Shown here one piece after another: positions 36,368-47,180 of a stretch of DNA of 64,000 nt. Within the stretch, counting starts at the first letter, position 1. The number at the start of each line of letters is the position of its first letter. Location of the stretch: NCBI GenBank assembly GCA_036405895.1, contig DASWWS010000001.1:71864-135863 (forward strand). Reading direction: 5' to 3'. Source of the DNA: Minisyncoccota bacterium. GTDB taxonomy: Bacteria; Patescibacteriota; Minisyncoccia; Phycocordibacterales; UBA9973. The notes under the pieces are model-generated. The model saw only the letters and a program-made list of their open reading frames with translations, was not told the DNA's origin and did no database searches. The position numbers were made by a program, and so were the translations under genes.

Positions 36368-38689
36368 ATGGCATTCACATTTCTTCAGGGGCTCTTCGAT
36401 AAGGGGGCAATAAAGCAATACGAAAAAAGGGTAAAAAACATCAATGATTTGGAGGAATCAGTTGCCGCTTTGGGCGACCAGGACTTTCCCAATGAAACTG
36501 CAGCTCTCAAAGCCCGCCTCACGGCTGGAGAGTCGCTCGACGATATCTTGCCTCGCGCATTTGCGCTTGTTCGAGAAGCCGCAAAGAGGACTTCAGGCAA
36601 ACGCCACTATGACGTGCAGCTGATTGGAGGAATGGTCCTCAATGGAGGCAATATCGCCGAGATGCGAACAGGTGAAGGGAAGACATTGGTAGGAACGCTC
36701 CCAGTGTATTTAAATGCGCTTACAGGGCGCGGGGTGCACGTAGTAACCGTCAACGACTACCTTGCTCGCCGTGACGCGACATGGATGGGGCAAATCTATA
36801 ACTTTCTTGGCCTTTCTATTGGCGTTATCAACGACCAGTCAAAATCATTTGTATACGACCCGACACATCAAGAACTCGATGAAGAGCGCGATGAAGAAGG
36901 GTCATTTAAAGTGGTGCAGCAATTTTTGCGCCCGGTGAGCCGCCGCGATGCCTATGCCGCCGACATCACGTACGGGACGAACAGCCAGTTCGGCTTTGAC
37001 TACCTGCGCGACAACCTTGTCAGCAACAAGAGCGATATTGTGCAGCGAGGACACTACTTCGCCGTTGTCGACGAAGTGGACTCTATCTTGATTGATGAAT
37101 CCCGCACACCGCTTATTATTTCAAGTGCGGTTGCGGATTCTGCAGCCCTCTATAAAACCGTCGCCGGAGTCGCGACTAAGCTTGTTGTAGGGACCGATTA
37201 TACTGTGGACGAAAAGCTCAAGGCCATTCAGTTGACCGATGAAGGAATCACCAAGGCTGAAAAAATGCTCGGCATTACGGACATGTATACCGAAAAGGGT
37301 ATCAAGTACGTGCACTATCTCGAAACTGCCATCCGTGCCCGCGCACTGTTTGTAAAAGACAAAGACTATGTAATTAAAGACGGAGAGGTAATTATTGTGG
37401 ACCCCTTTACTGGGCGCATGCAGCCGGGCCGACGATGGTCTGAGGGCTTGCACCAGGCAATTGAGGCAAAAGAAGGAGTAAAGATTGAGCAGGAAACCCG
37501 TTCGATTGCTTCTATTACGTACCAAAACTATTTTAAATTCTACGAAAAGCTCTCGGGTATGACCGGTACCGCAAAAACCAGCGAAGAGGAATTCACCAAG
37601 GTGTACGGCCTTTCAGTTGTCTCCGTACCGACCCACCGAAAGACGCAGCGTATCGACCACAACGACCTCATCTTCCAGACTGAAGAAGGAAAGTTCAAAG
37701 CGATAGCGAGAAAAGTAAAAGAGCTCCACGAAAAAGGACAGCCAGTGCTGATCGGTACAGTCTCTGTTGAGAAAAACGAACTCTTGGGGGCGTATTTGAA
37801 ACGCGAAGGCATTCCGCATCAAATCCTTAATGCGAAAAACCATGAACAAGAAGGAACGGTGACTGCGCAAGCGGGCCGCAAAGGCTCTGTAGTGATTGCT
37901 ACGAACATGGCTGGCCGCGGAGTGGATATTATCCTCGGCGGTAACCCATCAACCCCGGAAGAGCAGGAAGAAGTGAAGTCTCTCGGAGGATTGTTCGTTA
38001 TCGGTACCGAACGCCATGAAGCGCGCCGAATCGACAACCAGCTTCGCGGACGCGCTGGTCGTCAGGGCGACCCGGGCGAAACGCAGTTTTACGTTTCTCT
38101 TGAGGATGAATTGATGCGCGTATTCGGAAGCGAACGCATCAAGACCATGATGACGCGCCTTGGCTTGCCTGAAGATGAAGCGATTCAAAACGGCATCGTG
38201 TCGCGCGCCCTTGAAAGCGCTCAGAAAAAAATCGAAGGCTTCCACTTTGATGCCCGCAAGCACACGCTTGAATACGACACCATTCTTTCGTACCAGCGAG
38301 AACAGGTCTACGGCCGCCGCCGCGCGATGGTGGAAGGGGACCGCGGACATGTGATCAGCACATTCTATACCTTGGGTGAGCAAGGAAATCTTGAGGCAAT
38401 CGTAAAAGAAAAGACCGAGCTCGTAGGGGAAGATGCATTTTGGGAGAATGTCCGACGCGTCATCCTCTTTACTACCGACACACTGTGGGTAGAACACATC
38501 GACACCATGGAATACCTTCGCCAGTCGGTTGGGCTTCGGGCATACGGGCAGCGCGAACCGCTTGTTGAATACAAAAAAGAGTCAACTCGACTCTTTAAGG
38601 AGATGGAAGAGCGCCTGAAAGACCAAGTAATTAGCCTTGCCAGCGGGATTACCAAACTCACAGCGGGAGTAAGCGACAAAGCTCAGTAA
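36368..38689 (+). CDS. secA: Preprotein translocase ATPase SecA (short form lacking the C-terminal Zn-finger tail)
   Basis: MAFTFLQGLFDKG... and the DEAD-like motor motifs (MRTGEGKTLV, VDEVDSILIDE, TNMAGRGVDI). 773 aa. Confidence 0.9.
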   Translation: MAFTFLQGLFDKGAIKQYEKRVKNINDLEESVAALGDQDFPNETAALKARLTAGESLDDILPRAFALVREAAKRTSGKRHYDVQLIGGMVLNGGNIAEMRTGEGKTLVGTLPVYLNALTGRGVHVVTVNDYLARRDATWMGQIYNFLGLSIGVINDQSKSFVYDPTHQELDEERDEEGSFKVVQQFLRPVSRRDAYAADITYGTNSQFGFDYLRDNLVSNKSDIVQRGHYFAVVDEVDSILIDESRTPLIISSAVADSAALYKTVAGVATKLVVGTDYTVDEKLKAIQLTDEGITKAEKMLGITDMYTEKGIKYVHYLETAIRARALFVKDKDYVIKDGEVIIVDPFTGRMQPGRRWSEGLHQAIEAKEGVKIEQETRSIASITYQNYFKFYEKLSGMTGTAKTSEEEFTKVYGLSVVSVPTHRKTQRIDHNDLIFQTEEGKFKAIARKVKELHEKGQPVLIGTVSVEKNELLGAYLKREGIPHQILNAKNHEQEGTVTAQAGRKGSVVIATNMAGRGVDIILGGNPSTPEEQEEVKSLGGLFVIGTERHEARRIDNQLRGRAGRQGDPGETQFYVSLEDELMRVFGSERIKTMMTRLGLPEDEAIQNGIVSRALESAQKKIEGFHFDARKHTLEYDTILSYQREQVYGRRRAMVEGDRGHVISTFYTLGEQGNLEAIVKEKTELVGEDAFWENVRRVILFTTDTLWVEHIDTMEYLRQSVGLRAYGQREPLVEYKKESTRLFKEMEERLKDQVISLASGITKLTAGVSDKAQ

Positions 38690-38949
38690 TAGCTCAATAA
38701 TAAGACAATTTATTTGCCAAGTTGGCAAATAATGTCCTCTAAAATACCCTTATAAAATAAGGGTATTTTATGTTTGACACTAGTATTTTCCATTGTATAA
38801 CTATTGACAAAAATAAACGTTTGTGATACTATGTAGCTACTTCCTTAGCACGTAATTGTATAAGGAATTTTCATTTGAAGGCTGATCTATCAGACATTCA
38901 GTGTGGAAATATACTGCTGCGAAGTTCCCCCGGAGCTCAACCGGGAACT

Positions 38950-39534
38950 ATGAGTTCAATAAAACTATATTCAATAACAAAATCCTTTATTATCGTACCG
39001 TTAGTAGCAACTGCAATCTCAATGAACGCCTTTACGGCCTCAGTGAACAATGCAATTGCACCAATCATCGCACCACAAACAGAAGTTTCTCCAGAAGAAG
39101 CGAAGCTCCAATTGGAAAGAGAGGAAAAAGCTGCCAAAATCGATGCGTACTTTGCAGAGCGTAATATGCCCCTTGCAGGTACAGGTATGAAAATGGTGAC
39201 TGAAGCTGAAAAAAACAACATTGACTGGCGTCTTATCCCAGCTCTCGCAGTTCGCGAAAGTACTGGCGGTAAGCATGCTTGCAAAAGTGTAACCTATAGT
39301 CCATTTGGATTCGGTTCATGTAAAATCAACTTTAAGAGCTGGGACCATGCGATTGAGATTGTTGCAACCAACCTTGGTGGTAACAATCCCCGCACAGCCC
39401 GCGCTTATGGCGGAAAGACGCTTCGCGGTAAACTCGAAGCCTACAACCCTCCATCAGTCGTACCAACATACGCTAATGAAGTGATTGCACTGATGAATAA
39501 AATTGAAGCAACAGTGGTAATCGCTGAAGCCTAA
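38950..39534 (+). CDS. Hypothetical secreted protein, possibly a lysozyme/transglycosylase-like fold
   Basis: Signal peptide after MSSIKLY. ALAVRESTGG resembles an SLT-type ES motif (weak). Start trimmed to the ATG at 38950. Confidence 0.45.
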   Translation: MSSIKLYSITKSFIIVPLVATAISMNAFTASVNNAIAPIIAPQTEVSPEEAKLQLEREEKAAKIDAYFAERNMPLAGTGMKMVTEAEKNNIDWRLIPALAVRESTGGKHACKSVTYSPFGFGSCKINFKSWDHAIEIVATNLGGNNPRTARAYGGKTLRGKLEAYNPPSVVPTYANEVIALMNKIEATVVIAEA

Positions 39535-39544
39535 ATAGTATTCC

Positions 39545-39577
39545 AAAAATCCCTGACCGAAAGGTCAGGGATTTTTG
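39545..39577. terminator. Intrinsic terminator
   Basis: aaaaatccctgaccgaaaggtcagggattttt. Confidence 0.7.
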
Positions 39578-39633
39578 TTATGAAAGATAAGGGGAATAAA
39601 AAAGAACGGCGCAACTGCCGTTCTTAATCGTTG

Positions 39634-39954
39634 TCAGGTCATTGAAATTCTTTCAGACCATGATGAGGGAAAGAGTTCTCCTTGGACTACTCGTGAAATA
39701 GTGCTTTTTATAACTGCTACTTTTTCTATAGAGGGAGAGGGGGTTTCCAGCTCTCTTTCTTTTTTATACGCCTTACGGTCTTTTCCGATAGCGCTTTTAA
39801 ATTCTTTAAAATCAGGATAGTGTTGCTGAGCTAATTGATAGACATGGTTACAAGCAATCTCCCAGTCATTATTAGTCTTCTTTCTCCCTGCTTCATTTCG
39901 TAGTCCAAAATAATAATTAAGGACACTAATCGTGAAATCTCTTAACGTATTCAT
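39634..39954 (-). CDS. Hypothetical protein (106 aa)
   Basis: ORF with its own downstream hairpin (gaacggcgcaactgccgttc). No motif recognised. Confidence 0.45.
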   Translation of the reverse strand: MNTLRDFTISVLNYYFGLRNEAGRKKTNNDWEIACNHVYQLAQQHYPDFKEFKSAIGKDRKAYKKERELETPSPSIEKVAVIKSTISRVVQGELFPSSWSERISMT

Positions 39955-40028
39955 AGAACTATAGGTTGGTTGTTTCTATAATACCAAAACATATTTAAAA
40001 GTCAAGTCAAGAGTGGGGAAGAGGAATA

Positions 40029-43000
40029 TTACGAAAGGATTTTGATGTCGTCAATCAGTACGCTTCGGCGCTCTTCGCGGTCGGCAACGGTGCATTTCAT
40101 TGCAGCAATGGCACCTTCTCTAATTAGTGGACCGATGGTCTTAAATGTCTCAGGGAATACGACGCCTTCTATTGTTCCGGTTTTGTCGGTAAGCGACAAA
40201 AATGCCATCTTCAGGCTCGTCGCTTTTGTCATAATGACCTTTGCTGTATCAATATGGGCGACAAGCAGGTAGGACTGCTTCTTTTTTGTAAATCGCTCGC
40301 GGGCTGGAACAGGAGGCTCGTTAAGGAGTTTTTTGATAGTGGTTCCGGCCTTTTGAATCTTCTCCAGAAAGCTATCGAGTGGGTGGCCTGAAATATAAAG
40401 CCCAAGGAGTTCTTTTTCCCAGATAAGCTTCTGTGCAATAGGGGCATCAGGTGCGTCGCGAAGCGTCAGTGTTGCAGTGGGGTTCGAGTCCAGACCAGCA
40501 AAGAGGGAGTCTTGCGCCGCACCGTTGTGCGTCTTGAGCCCCTTGTGAAATGCCAAGAGTACTTCGATATTTGCACACAATACGCCGCGCTCGCCAAACG
40601 CATCCATCGCTCCGCACATAATCAATGCTTCAAGGGATTTTTTGTTCATGTTTTTGTGCTGTACGCGCTCCAAAAAGTCCTCAATTGTTTTAAACCGCCC
40701 ATTGGCTTTGCGCTCGGCAATGATTGCTTTTCCAATCTCTTCTCCGAAGTTTTTTACATTACGCAGCCCGAATCGGATTTTCTTGGTAACGACGCCTTCT
40801 TCAACGACTACAGTAAAGTCTGAAAAGGATTCGTTGACGTCAGGCGGCAAAATAGTAAAGCCCATGCGCTTCGCTTCATTGATGTATTCGCTGCACGTTT
40901 CAATGTCGCCACTCTCGGCTGTCATACAGGCGCTTAAGTATTCGGCAGGATAGTTTGCCTTGAGGTAGGCCGTCTTGTACGCCACCATGCCGTAGCTTGC
41001 AGCGTGGGCCTTGTTGAATCCGTACGCTGCAAACGGCTCAATCAAGTGCCACAACTCGTCGATCTTTTCGACGCCGAGCCCTCCGTACTCCATGCATCCT
41101 TTGTAGAACTTTTCTTTCTGTTCTGCCATTTCAGCGGGAATTTTTTTACCCATGGCTTTGCGGAACTTGTCAGCATCAAGCCAGGTGTAGCCTGCGAGAC
41201 GGATAGAAGTAATCAACACGTCATCTTGGTACACCAAGAGGCCGTAGGAGGCCTCCAAGTCATCTTTGAGGCGAGGGTCAGGATACTTTATCAGTCGAGG
41301 ATTTTCTTTTCGGCGGATATATTCCGGGATTACTTCCATGGGCCCTGGGCGGTAGAGTGCAACCATTGCCATGAGGTCTTCAAGTTTTGAAGGCTTGAGC
41401 TCTTTGAGATAGCGCGTCATGCCGTCGCCCGCCATTTGGAACACCCCCATTGTCTCGCCGCGCGCAAGCATTTCAAACACTTTTTTGTCATCGAGCGGAA
41501 TAGTATCGATGTCGATTTCAATGCCGTAGATTTTTTTGATGCGATCAAGCGTTCCGGAAATGAACTGCAGGTTGCGGATTCCAAGCATGTCGAACTTCGG
41601 CAGGTTCACCACGCCATCGCGGCCGCCGGAGAACATGTCGTACTGGGTAATGATTTTTGTTTCTCCTTTCGGGTCATACTGGATGGGAGTGTAGTCCGAA
41701 ACGTCGGGTGTCGGCGCAATGATGACGCCGGCAGCGTGCACTGAAATATGACGGACATTCCCTTCGATTTTTTTTGCCATGTCGATGATTTCTTTTGTCC
41801 CACGGTCATTGTCGTACTCTTCCTTAAGCTCAGGAATAATTTCAAGCGCGTGATCGATTGTCATTGGAAATCCTTGCGAACCCATAGGAATCATTTTTGA
41901 GATTTTGTCGCCCACTGCATACGGGTAGCCAAGCGCGCGCGCAACGTCGCGAACGGACCCTCGTGCAGCCATTGTTCCAAAAGTACAGATTTGGGCCACC
42001 GCCATGGCGCCGTACTGTTCTCGAATGTAATTGATAAGGTCGTCGCGGCGGTCGTCTGCGATGTCCAGATCAATATCAGGAATACCAGGGCGAAGCGGGT
42101 TTAAGAAGCGCTCAAAGGGGAGCTTGTATTTGATTGGGTCAACGGTCGTGATGCGCATGGCATACGACACTAAAGAGCCCGCGGCACTTCCTCGGGTGTT
42201 TGTCTGGATGCCCATACGGCGAGCCGCCTGCACCAAGTCGGCTTCCACTAAAAAGTAGGAAGAGAATCCTTTGTTCTTGATAATGTCGAGCTCAAAGTCT
42301 ACGCGCTCTTTAATAATGCCATCATAGGTGTAGCCAATATCGGGCAATCCTGCGAGAACGCCGGCACGCAATTCGTCGTCGTAGTTAGAGCCTTCGGGAA
42401 TAGGGTAGGTAGGGAATTTCCAGGGAGCAAGCTCGATTTCAAGGTCAATCGTTTCAGCGAGCTTCACGGTGTTTTCTATTGCACCAGGAATGTCCTTGAA
42501 AATTTCTTTTGCTTCGTCAGGGGAAATAAAAGAATAGTTTCCCGCTTTCATTGAGATTTTGCTGTTGCCTACTTCGGTGCCGGTATTAATCGCCACAAGC
42601 GTATCTTGCGCATCAGCATCCTCTTTGTTGATGTAGTGCGAGTCCCAGGTAGCCACTACAGGGAGATCCATTTTCTGCGCAATTTCGATAATTGCGGGAA
42701 CAAGCGGAATATACCAGTCCACTTCTTTGTGATACATCACTTCGACATACACGTTTTCTTTGCCGAAGATATCGATATATTCCAGCAGAAGCTTTTCTGC
42801 TTCTTCTCTATTTCCGTTTTTGAGGTGAGTGATGAAGCGGCTTCCGGGACATCCTGAAAGGCAAATGATTCCGTCACCGTGTTCGCGCAACAACTCCATA
42901 TCCATGCGCGGCTTGTAGTAGAAGCCCTCAAGGTTGCTCTTGGTGACGAGCTTCATCATGTTTTTGTACCCCGCATTGTTTTTTACCAAGAGCGTGAGGT

Positions 43001-43259
43001 GGTAGCGCTTCGAGTCTATTCCCGGTTCTTTGTCAAAACGCGTACGCTCGGCAATGTACGCTTCAACGCCGATAATCGGCTTGATGTCGGCTTTTTTGCA
43101 GGCATTGTAAAACTCAATCGCGCCGTACATGGCGCCGTGGTCGGTCAGCGCAAGCGCCGGCATGCCAAACTCTTTCGCTTTTTTTACGAGCTGAGGAATT
43201 TTCGAGAGCCCGTCGAGCAGCGAGTAGTGGGAGTGGGTGTGGAGGTGGACGAAGCTCAT
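40029..43259 (-). CDS. dnaE: DNA polymerase III alpha subunit
   Basis: PHP domain MSFVHLHTHSHYSLLDGLSKI... Polymerase core motifs (GRGSAAGSLVSY, NPLRPGIPDIDLD). OB fold at the C-terminus. Start trimmed to the ATG at 43259. Confidence 0.9.
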   Translation of the reverse strand: MSFVHLHTHSHYSLLDGLSKIPQLVKKAKEFGMPALALTDHGAMYGAIEFYNACKKADIKPIIGVEAYIAERTRFDKEPGIDSKRYHLTLLVKNNAGYKNMMKLVTKSNLEGFYYKPRMDMELLREHGDGIICLSGCPGSRFITHLKNGNREEAEKLLLEYIDIFGKENVYVEVMYHKEVDWYIPLVPAIIEIAQKMDLPVVATWDSHYINKEDADAQDTLVAINTGTEVGNSKISMKAGNYSFISPDEAKEIFKDIPGAIENTVKLAETIDLEIELAPWKFPTYPIPEGSNYDDELRAGVLAGLPDIGYTYDGIIKERVDFELDIIKNKGFSSYFLVEADLVQAARRMGIQTNTRGSAAGSLVSYAMRITTVDPIKYKLPFERFLNPLRPGIPDIDLDIADDRRDDLINYIREQYGAMAVAQICTFGTMAARGSVRDVARALGYPYAVGDKISKMIPMGSQGFPMTIDHALEIIPELKEEYDNDRGTKEIIDMAKKIEGNVRHISVHAAGVIIAPTPDVSDYTPIQYDPKGETKIITQYDMFSGGRDGVVNLPKFDMLGIRNLQFISGTLDRIKKIYGIEIDIDTIPLDDKKVFEMLARGETMGVFQMAGDGMTRYLKELKPSKLEDLMAMVALYRPGPMEVIPEYIRRKENPRLIKYPDPRLKDDLEASYGLLVYQDDVLITSIRLAGYTWLDADKFRKAMGKKIPAEMAEQKEKFYKGCMEYGGLGVEKIDELWHLIEPFAAYGFNKAHAASYGMVAYKTAYLKANYPAEYLSACMTAESGDIETCSEYINEAKRMGFTILPPDVNESFSDFTVVVEEGVVTKKIRFGLRNVKNFGEEIGKAIIAERKANGRFKTIEDFLERVQHKNMNKKSLEALIMCGAMDAFGERGVLCANIEVLLAFHKGLKTHNGAAQDSLFAGLDSNPTATLTLRDAPDAPIAQKLIWEKELLGLYISGHPLDSFLEKIQKAGTTIKKLLNEPPVPARERFTKKKQSYLLVAHIDTAKVIMTKATSLKMAFLSLTDKTGTIEGVVFPETFKTIGPLIREGAIAAMKCTVADREERRSVLIDDIKILS

Positions 43260-43310
43260 ACTGACACTAGTATAGCAGTGGAGAGATTCGTTTGTTATAT
43301 TGACATACAT

Positions 43311-43925
43311 ATGACAAACAAGCCCAAAAAGCCCCTGTGGGTGATAGGGATAGATGAAGTGGGACGCGGGCCGCTTGCTGGCCCTGTTACGGTGTGCGCG
43401 GTTGCAGTGCCGTATAGGGGGTATAGTGCGAGCTTGTGGCCCGGACTCACCGACTCTAAAAAAATGACCGCACCCGCTCGAGCGAAGTGGTATAAAGAGG
43501 CTCTCCGGCTTGAGCGCTCCGGAATATTGCGCTACGCGCTTTCAAGCAGAAGCGCACAAACGATTGATACCAAAGGAATAGCGCCGTGCATCCGCGAGTG
43601 CATTGTGAGTATTTTGAAAAAAATCGCATTGCCACCCGAAGAGTGTCTGGTGCTCCTCGACGGGGGACTAAAGGCTCCGGCCCAATACGCTTTTCAGCAA
43701 ACGATTATTAAAGGCGACAGCAAAGAACCTGTTATTTCGTACGCCTCGGTCATCGCAAAAGTTCATCGCGATATGTATATGACCAAGGCGCACCGCAAAA
43801 ATCCCGAATACGGATGGGACAAAAACAAGGGGTACGGCACGCAGGACCACCAAAATACCCTTATAATACAAGGTGTAACAGCACTTCACCGCAAGAGTTT
43901 TCTTCGCCGCATACTTGACAAATAG
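43311..43925 (+). CDS. rnhB: Ribonuclease HII
   Basis: VIGIDEVGRGPLAGPVTVCAV signature. Divergent from dnaE, with a 51-bp gap. ATG at 43311. Confidence 0.85.
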   Translation: MTNKPKKPLWVIGIDEVGRGPLAGPVTVCAVAVPYRGYSASLWPGLTDSKKMTAPARAKWYKEALRLERSGILRYALSSRSAQTIDTKGIAPCIRECIVSILKKIALPPEECLVLLDGGLKAPAQYAFQQTIIKGDSKEPVISYASVIAKVHRDMYMTKAHRKNPEYGWDKNKGYGTQDHQNTLIIQGVTALHRKSFLRRILDK

Positions 43926-43969
43926 TCAATAAACATATATACTATAGAAAATTCACAAATCTATAAGCA

Positions 43970-44614
43970 ATGAAAATAAGACTAACAATAGTTGTGTTGC
44001 TGGCAATAGTTGCCTGCAGCAGTGCACAAGCGCAATTTTTGGGAAAGAAAACTCCCCCACAGCAAGAAAAACCAAATTTCATGCGTTTGTATATTGTGGA
44101 TATTCCACGGACAGACGATATGATTTTCAACAATGTATTACCCAGCACTCATAAAATAATTGGTGTGGGAGATATTAATGGTGAAGGGCAGTTTCTTCTT
44201 GTGAATGCCGCGGCATTCGATACTATCCAAGCCTTGTTCAAAGGATACAAGGAACAGTATGCCATTTCGAAAAATGCGCTTTCAGACCGTTTTATTGGAA
44301 TGGATGTATCGGTAAGCTATATCGGCAAACTCTCTCTTGTTTCAGAAAAAGAAATAAGAAACATGAACAATGAGGATAAAGAGCTCGCACGCACACTCAA
44401 TGCGTACGAAAAATTTACTCTTATTGGAGAGAGTCCTAAGCCGATATTGATGAGGCGTACAACTGCTGGGAAATTTGTTCCGGATTTCAATTCGCCTTTG
44501 TCATCATCTGGTAACGAAGCGAGGACTAAACCTGGGAACAATTCTCAAAACAATACTCCGCCTTCCAATGAGTCTCCCTTCTTTGAAGAATTGAGGAGGA
44601 AAGGTAAATTGTAA
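43970..44614 (+). CDS. Hypothetical lipoprotein
   Basis: Signal peptide with lipobox-like IVAC. No further motif. Confidence 0.5.
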   Translation: MKIRLTIVVLLAIVACSSAQAQFLGKKTPPQQEKPNFMRLYIVDIPRTDDMIFNNVLPSTHKIIGVGDINGEGQFLLVNAAAFDTIQALFKGYKEQYAISKNALSDRFIGMDVSVSYIGKLSLVSEKEIRNMNNEDKELARTLNAYEKFTLIGESPKPILMRRTTAGKFVPDFNSPLSSSGNEARTKPGNNSQNNTPPSNESPFFEELRRKGKL

Positions 44615-44660
44615 AAAACACATGTACTCAAAGGACCCGATTATTCGGGTTCTTTTTTAT

Positions 44661-45410
44661 TTATATAAACAACAGAACAAGAATGCCGAGCGCGATGCGG
44701 TACCACCCAAACCAAGAGAGCGGTTTTTTTGTTAAGAGAGTAATGAAAAAGCGGATAGAGAGAAGTGCTACAGCAAATGCCACCACACTTCCAAGAGCAA
44801 CGAGTTGCCACTCGTTCGCACTCAGCATTGGCGCATTTTTAAGCTCTACTGCGCTTGCGCCCACAATAGTGGGAATCGCAATAAGGAATGAAAAGCCAAT
44901 AATGATTTGCCGAGGAATTTGTACGAGCGTTCCGCCAATCAGGGTTGAGCCCGCTCTCGAAAGCCCTGGAATGAAGGCGAAGATTTGCATCAGCCCGATA
45001 GCAAGTGCTTGCTTGTAGGAGATGGATTCTACCGGCGCTTGTGTGTCGTGCGGGCGAATAAGAATGAGAAGGATTCCTCCAATGATAAGAGCCCAGGCAA
45101 TCACTAAAGAGCTTGAAAGAAGCGGTTTGATGAGGGGATAAAAGAGCACTCCGGCAATGGCAGTGGGGATGAATCCGACAATCACTTTTGGAATAAGAGA
45201 GCGGTTGTTCCAGACGGTGCCCCAAAAATACCACGCCGCGGCGAGGATTGCCCCGCTTTGAATGCTGATAGAGAGAACTTCAAGAAATGCTTGAGGCACT
45301 GTAATGATTCGCCCCGCCAAGAGAAGGTGGGCCGTGGAGGACACAGGGATAAATTCCGTAAGTCCTTCGATGATTCCTAGAATAATTGTATGAAAGGTTA
45401 GGAGTGCCAT
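44661..45410 (-). CDS. uppP: Undecaprenyl-diphosphatase
   Basis: GIIEGLTEFIPVSSTAHLLL and 8 TM segments. BacA/UppP family. Confidence 0.85.
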   Translation of the reverse strand: MALLTFHTIILGIIEGLTEFIPVSSTAHLLLAGRIITVPQAFLEVLSISIQSGAILAAAWYFWGTVWNNRSLIPKVIVGFIPTAIAGVLFYPLIKPLLSSSLVIAWALIIGGILLILIRPHDTQAPVESISYKQALAIGLMQIFAFIPGLSRAGSTLIGGTLVQIPRQIIIGFSFLIAIPTIVGASAVELKNAPMLSANEWQLVALGSVVAFAVALLSIRFFITLLTKKPLSWFGWYRIALGILVLLFI

Positions 45411-46093
45411 AGCAGGGTGTATGCTCCGATAATAGCCGCAGTTTCAGTACGAAGAACCTTCTCGCCGAGCTTCAGTCGGGTGATGCTGTATTGTTCAAAT
45501 ACCGCTTCGTCAGAGAGGCTCCATCCGCCCTCAGGCCCCACATACAAGACCGCTGTTTCGGGTACTATTGCAACAGAGTCACCCTCATAGCCGTCGCAGA
45601 CAAATGCACTGTGAGGGAATGTGGCAAAGCATTCTTCGAGCGTCATCGGCTCGTGAATCGTGACCCGTGTATTTCCGCCGGAGAGCTCAAGTGCTTCATT
45701 GCTGATTTTTTGCAGACGGTCGAGACGCACTGCGGTTTTCACTGTGCGCTCTGAAAGAATCGGGACAATAGCACTTACTCCTATTTCGGTGAGCTTTTGT
45801 ACGGCAAGTTCAAAGCTTGCACCCTTTGCAATACTGATAGCCGCAATAATAGTTCGCGGAAGTGCGGGTGTGGAAACCTCTTTTATTTTTTTAACGGTCA
45901 TACTACGCTTATCGCGGTCAATCAGTTCAACTGTTATGTCCGGGCCTTTGTCGGCAAACACAATGAATGATTCTCCGATTTTGAACTTCAGTATTGAAAG
46001 CCCTTGATGTACAACATGCTCGTCATCAAGCACCCAACTGTCGGATGAGGGAATTTTCTCTATAAGAAATCGGTGAAGTTTTTTTGGCGTCAT
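45398..46093 (-). CDS. rsmE: 16S rRNA (uracil-N3)-methyltransferase RsmE-like
   Basis: PUA-like N-terminus plus a SPOUT knot region (AISIAKGASFELAVQKLTEIGVSAIVPI). Confidence 0.7.
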   Translation of the reverse strand: MTPKKLHRFLIEKIPSSDSWVLDDEHVVHQGLSILKFKIGESFIVFADKGPDITVELIDRDKRSMTVKKIKEVSTPALPRTIIAAISIAKGASFELAVQKLTEIGVSAIVPILSERTVKTAVRLDRLQKISNEALELSGGNTRVTIHEPMTLEECFATFPHSAFVCDGYEGDSVAIVPETAVLYVGPEGGWSLSDEAVFEQYSITRLKLGEKVLRTETAAIIGAYTLLWHS

Positions 46094-46575
46094 GAAAGTT
46101 TATTAATAGCGAGCTTCGTCATTGCGACCACTCGGCGGTATTCTTGAATCACTAAAATAATGACAACAGTGTTGAACAATAAAAATGCCGTCACGACAGG
46201 AGAGAACTGCACGCTAATTTCGTAGAGCTGATACAGGCTGAAGCCGCTGAGGAATACAATTGATACAGGGTATGCCCAGAGTTTCGTCTTCCATAGCCCC
46301 CAGACTAACAGAAGTTTCACTGCGCCATGGCTGAAGAAATAAAATGCGCCGATGAGCTGTACGCGCCCCGACATGTCGATAACCAACTGCGAGAGGGCTG
46401 CAATAAATCCGCCGTACTGCATGAGTCCCAGAAGATAGACGTCAATGCTCGGCTTAAAGACAAAAAAGAATCCCGCAAGGATATCGAGTACTGCAATAAC
46501 GCCGTTCATAATAACGGTTGCGATAAATGCTCGATGCAAGTGCTTCTGTACTTTCGTTTCTTCGGGAGGATTCAT
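46090..46575 (-). CDS. DUF2127-like membrane protein
   Basis: Four TM helices. ATGA overlap with rsmE. Confidence 0.5.
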   Translation of the reverse strand: MNPPEETKVQKHLHRAFIATVIMNGVIAVLDILAGFFFVFKPSIDVYLLGLMQYGGFIAALSQLVIDMSGRVQLIGAFYFFSHGAVKLLLVWGLWKTKLWAYPVSIVFLSGFSLYQLYEISVQFSPVVTAFLLFNTVVIILVIQEYRRVVAMTKLAINKLS

Positions 46576-47169
46576 TTAGGAGAGGATAAAGCGACGATAC
46601 CAATATCGCAGTAATGATATCACAATGATAATGGCAAATCCGATAAGAATGACATTTCGAATAATATCGACGCTGTCGATGATGCGAACGATGCGGCTTT
46701 GGAAATAGTAGCCGATCCATACAAACAAGGGTACATAAACGACGAGAGCAGCGAGCTCGTAGGTGATGAATTTTCGCACCGGCACTTTTAGATGGCCGGC
46801 CATAAACGGTCCGATAAAACGCAGTTGCACCATAAAGCGGGAATAGAAGATTACTTTTTCCATATGGTGCTCTATCCACTCTTGTTTGGCTTCAAGGCGG
46901 TGTGCAAAGAATTTGTCGTAAAATCCTTGCACCCACTTGTTTCCCGCGCGTGCGAGGAAATACATGATTAAGTCGCTGACCAAAAGGCCAGCAATGATGA
47001 CAGGAATGATGATAAATACTGAGGCATGTCCGCTTCCAGCCAAGTATCCCAGTGCGAGAAGGACAATTTCCTCAGGGACAGGGATAACAATATTTGCCAA
47101 GAGCGATACCCCGAATATGCCGAGGTAGGAGAAGGTGCCCAATTCATTGATAATTGCTTGTGTTTCCAT
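46576..47169 (-). CDS. DedA/VTT-domain membrane protein
   Basis: GIFGVSLLANIVIPVPEEIVLLALGYLAG. Confidence 0.7.
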   Translation of the reverse strand: METQAIINELGTFSYLGIFGVSLLANIVIPVPEEIVLLALGYLAGSGHASVFIIIPVIIAGLLVSDLIMYFLARAGNKWVQGFYDKFFAHRLEAKQEWIEHHMEKVIFYSRFMVQLRFIGPFMAGHLKVPVRKFITYELAALVVYVPLFVWIGYYFQSRIVRIIDSVDIIRNVILIGFAIIIVISLLRYWYRRFILS

Positions 47170-47180
47170 AGTAGTGCTTT

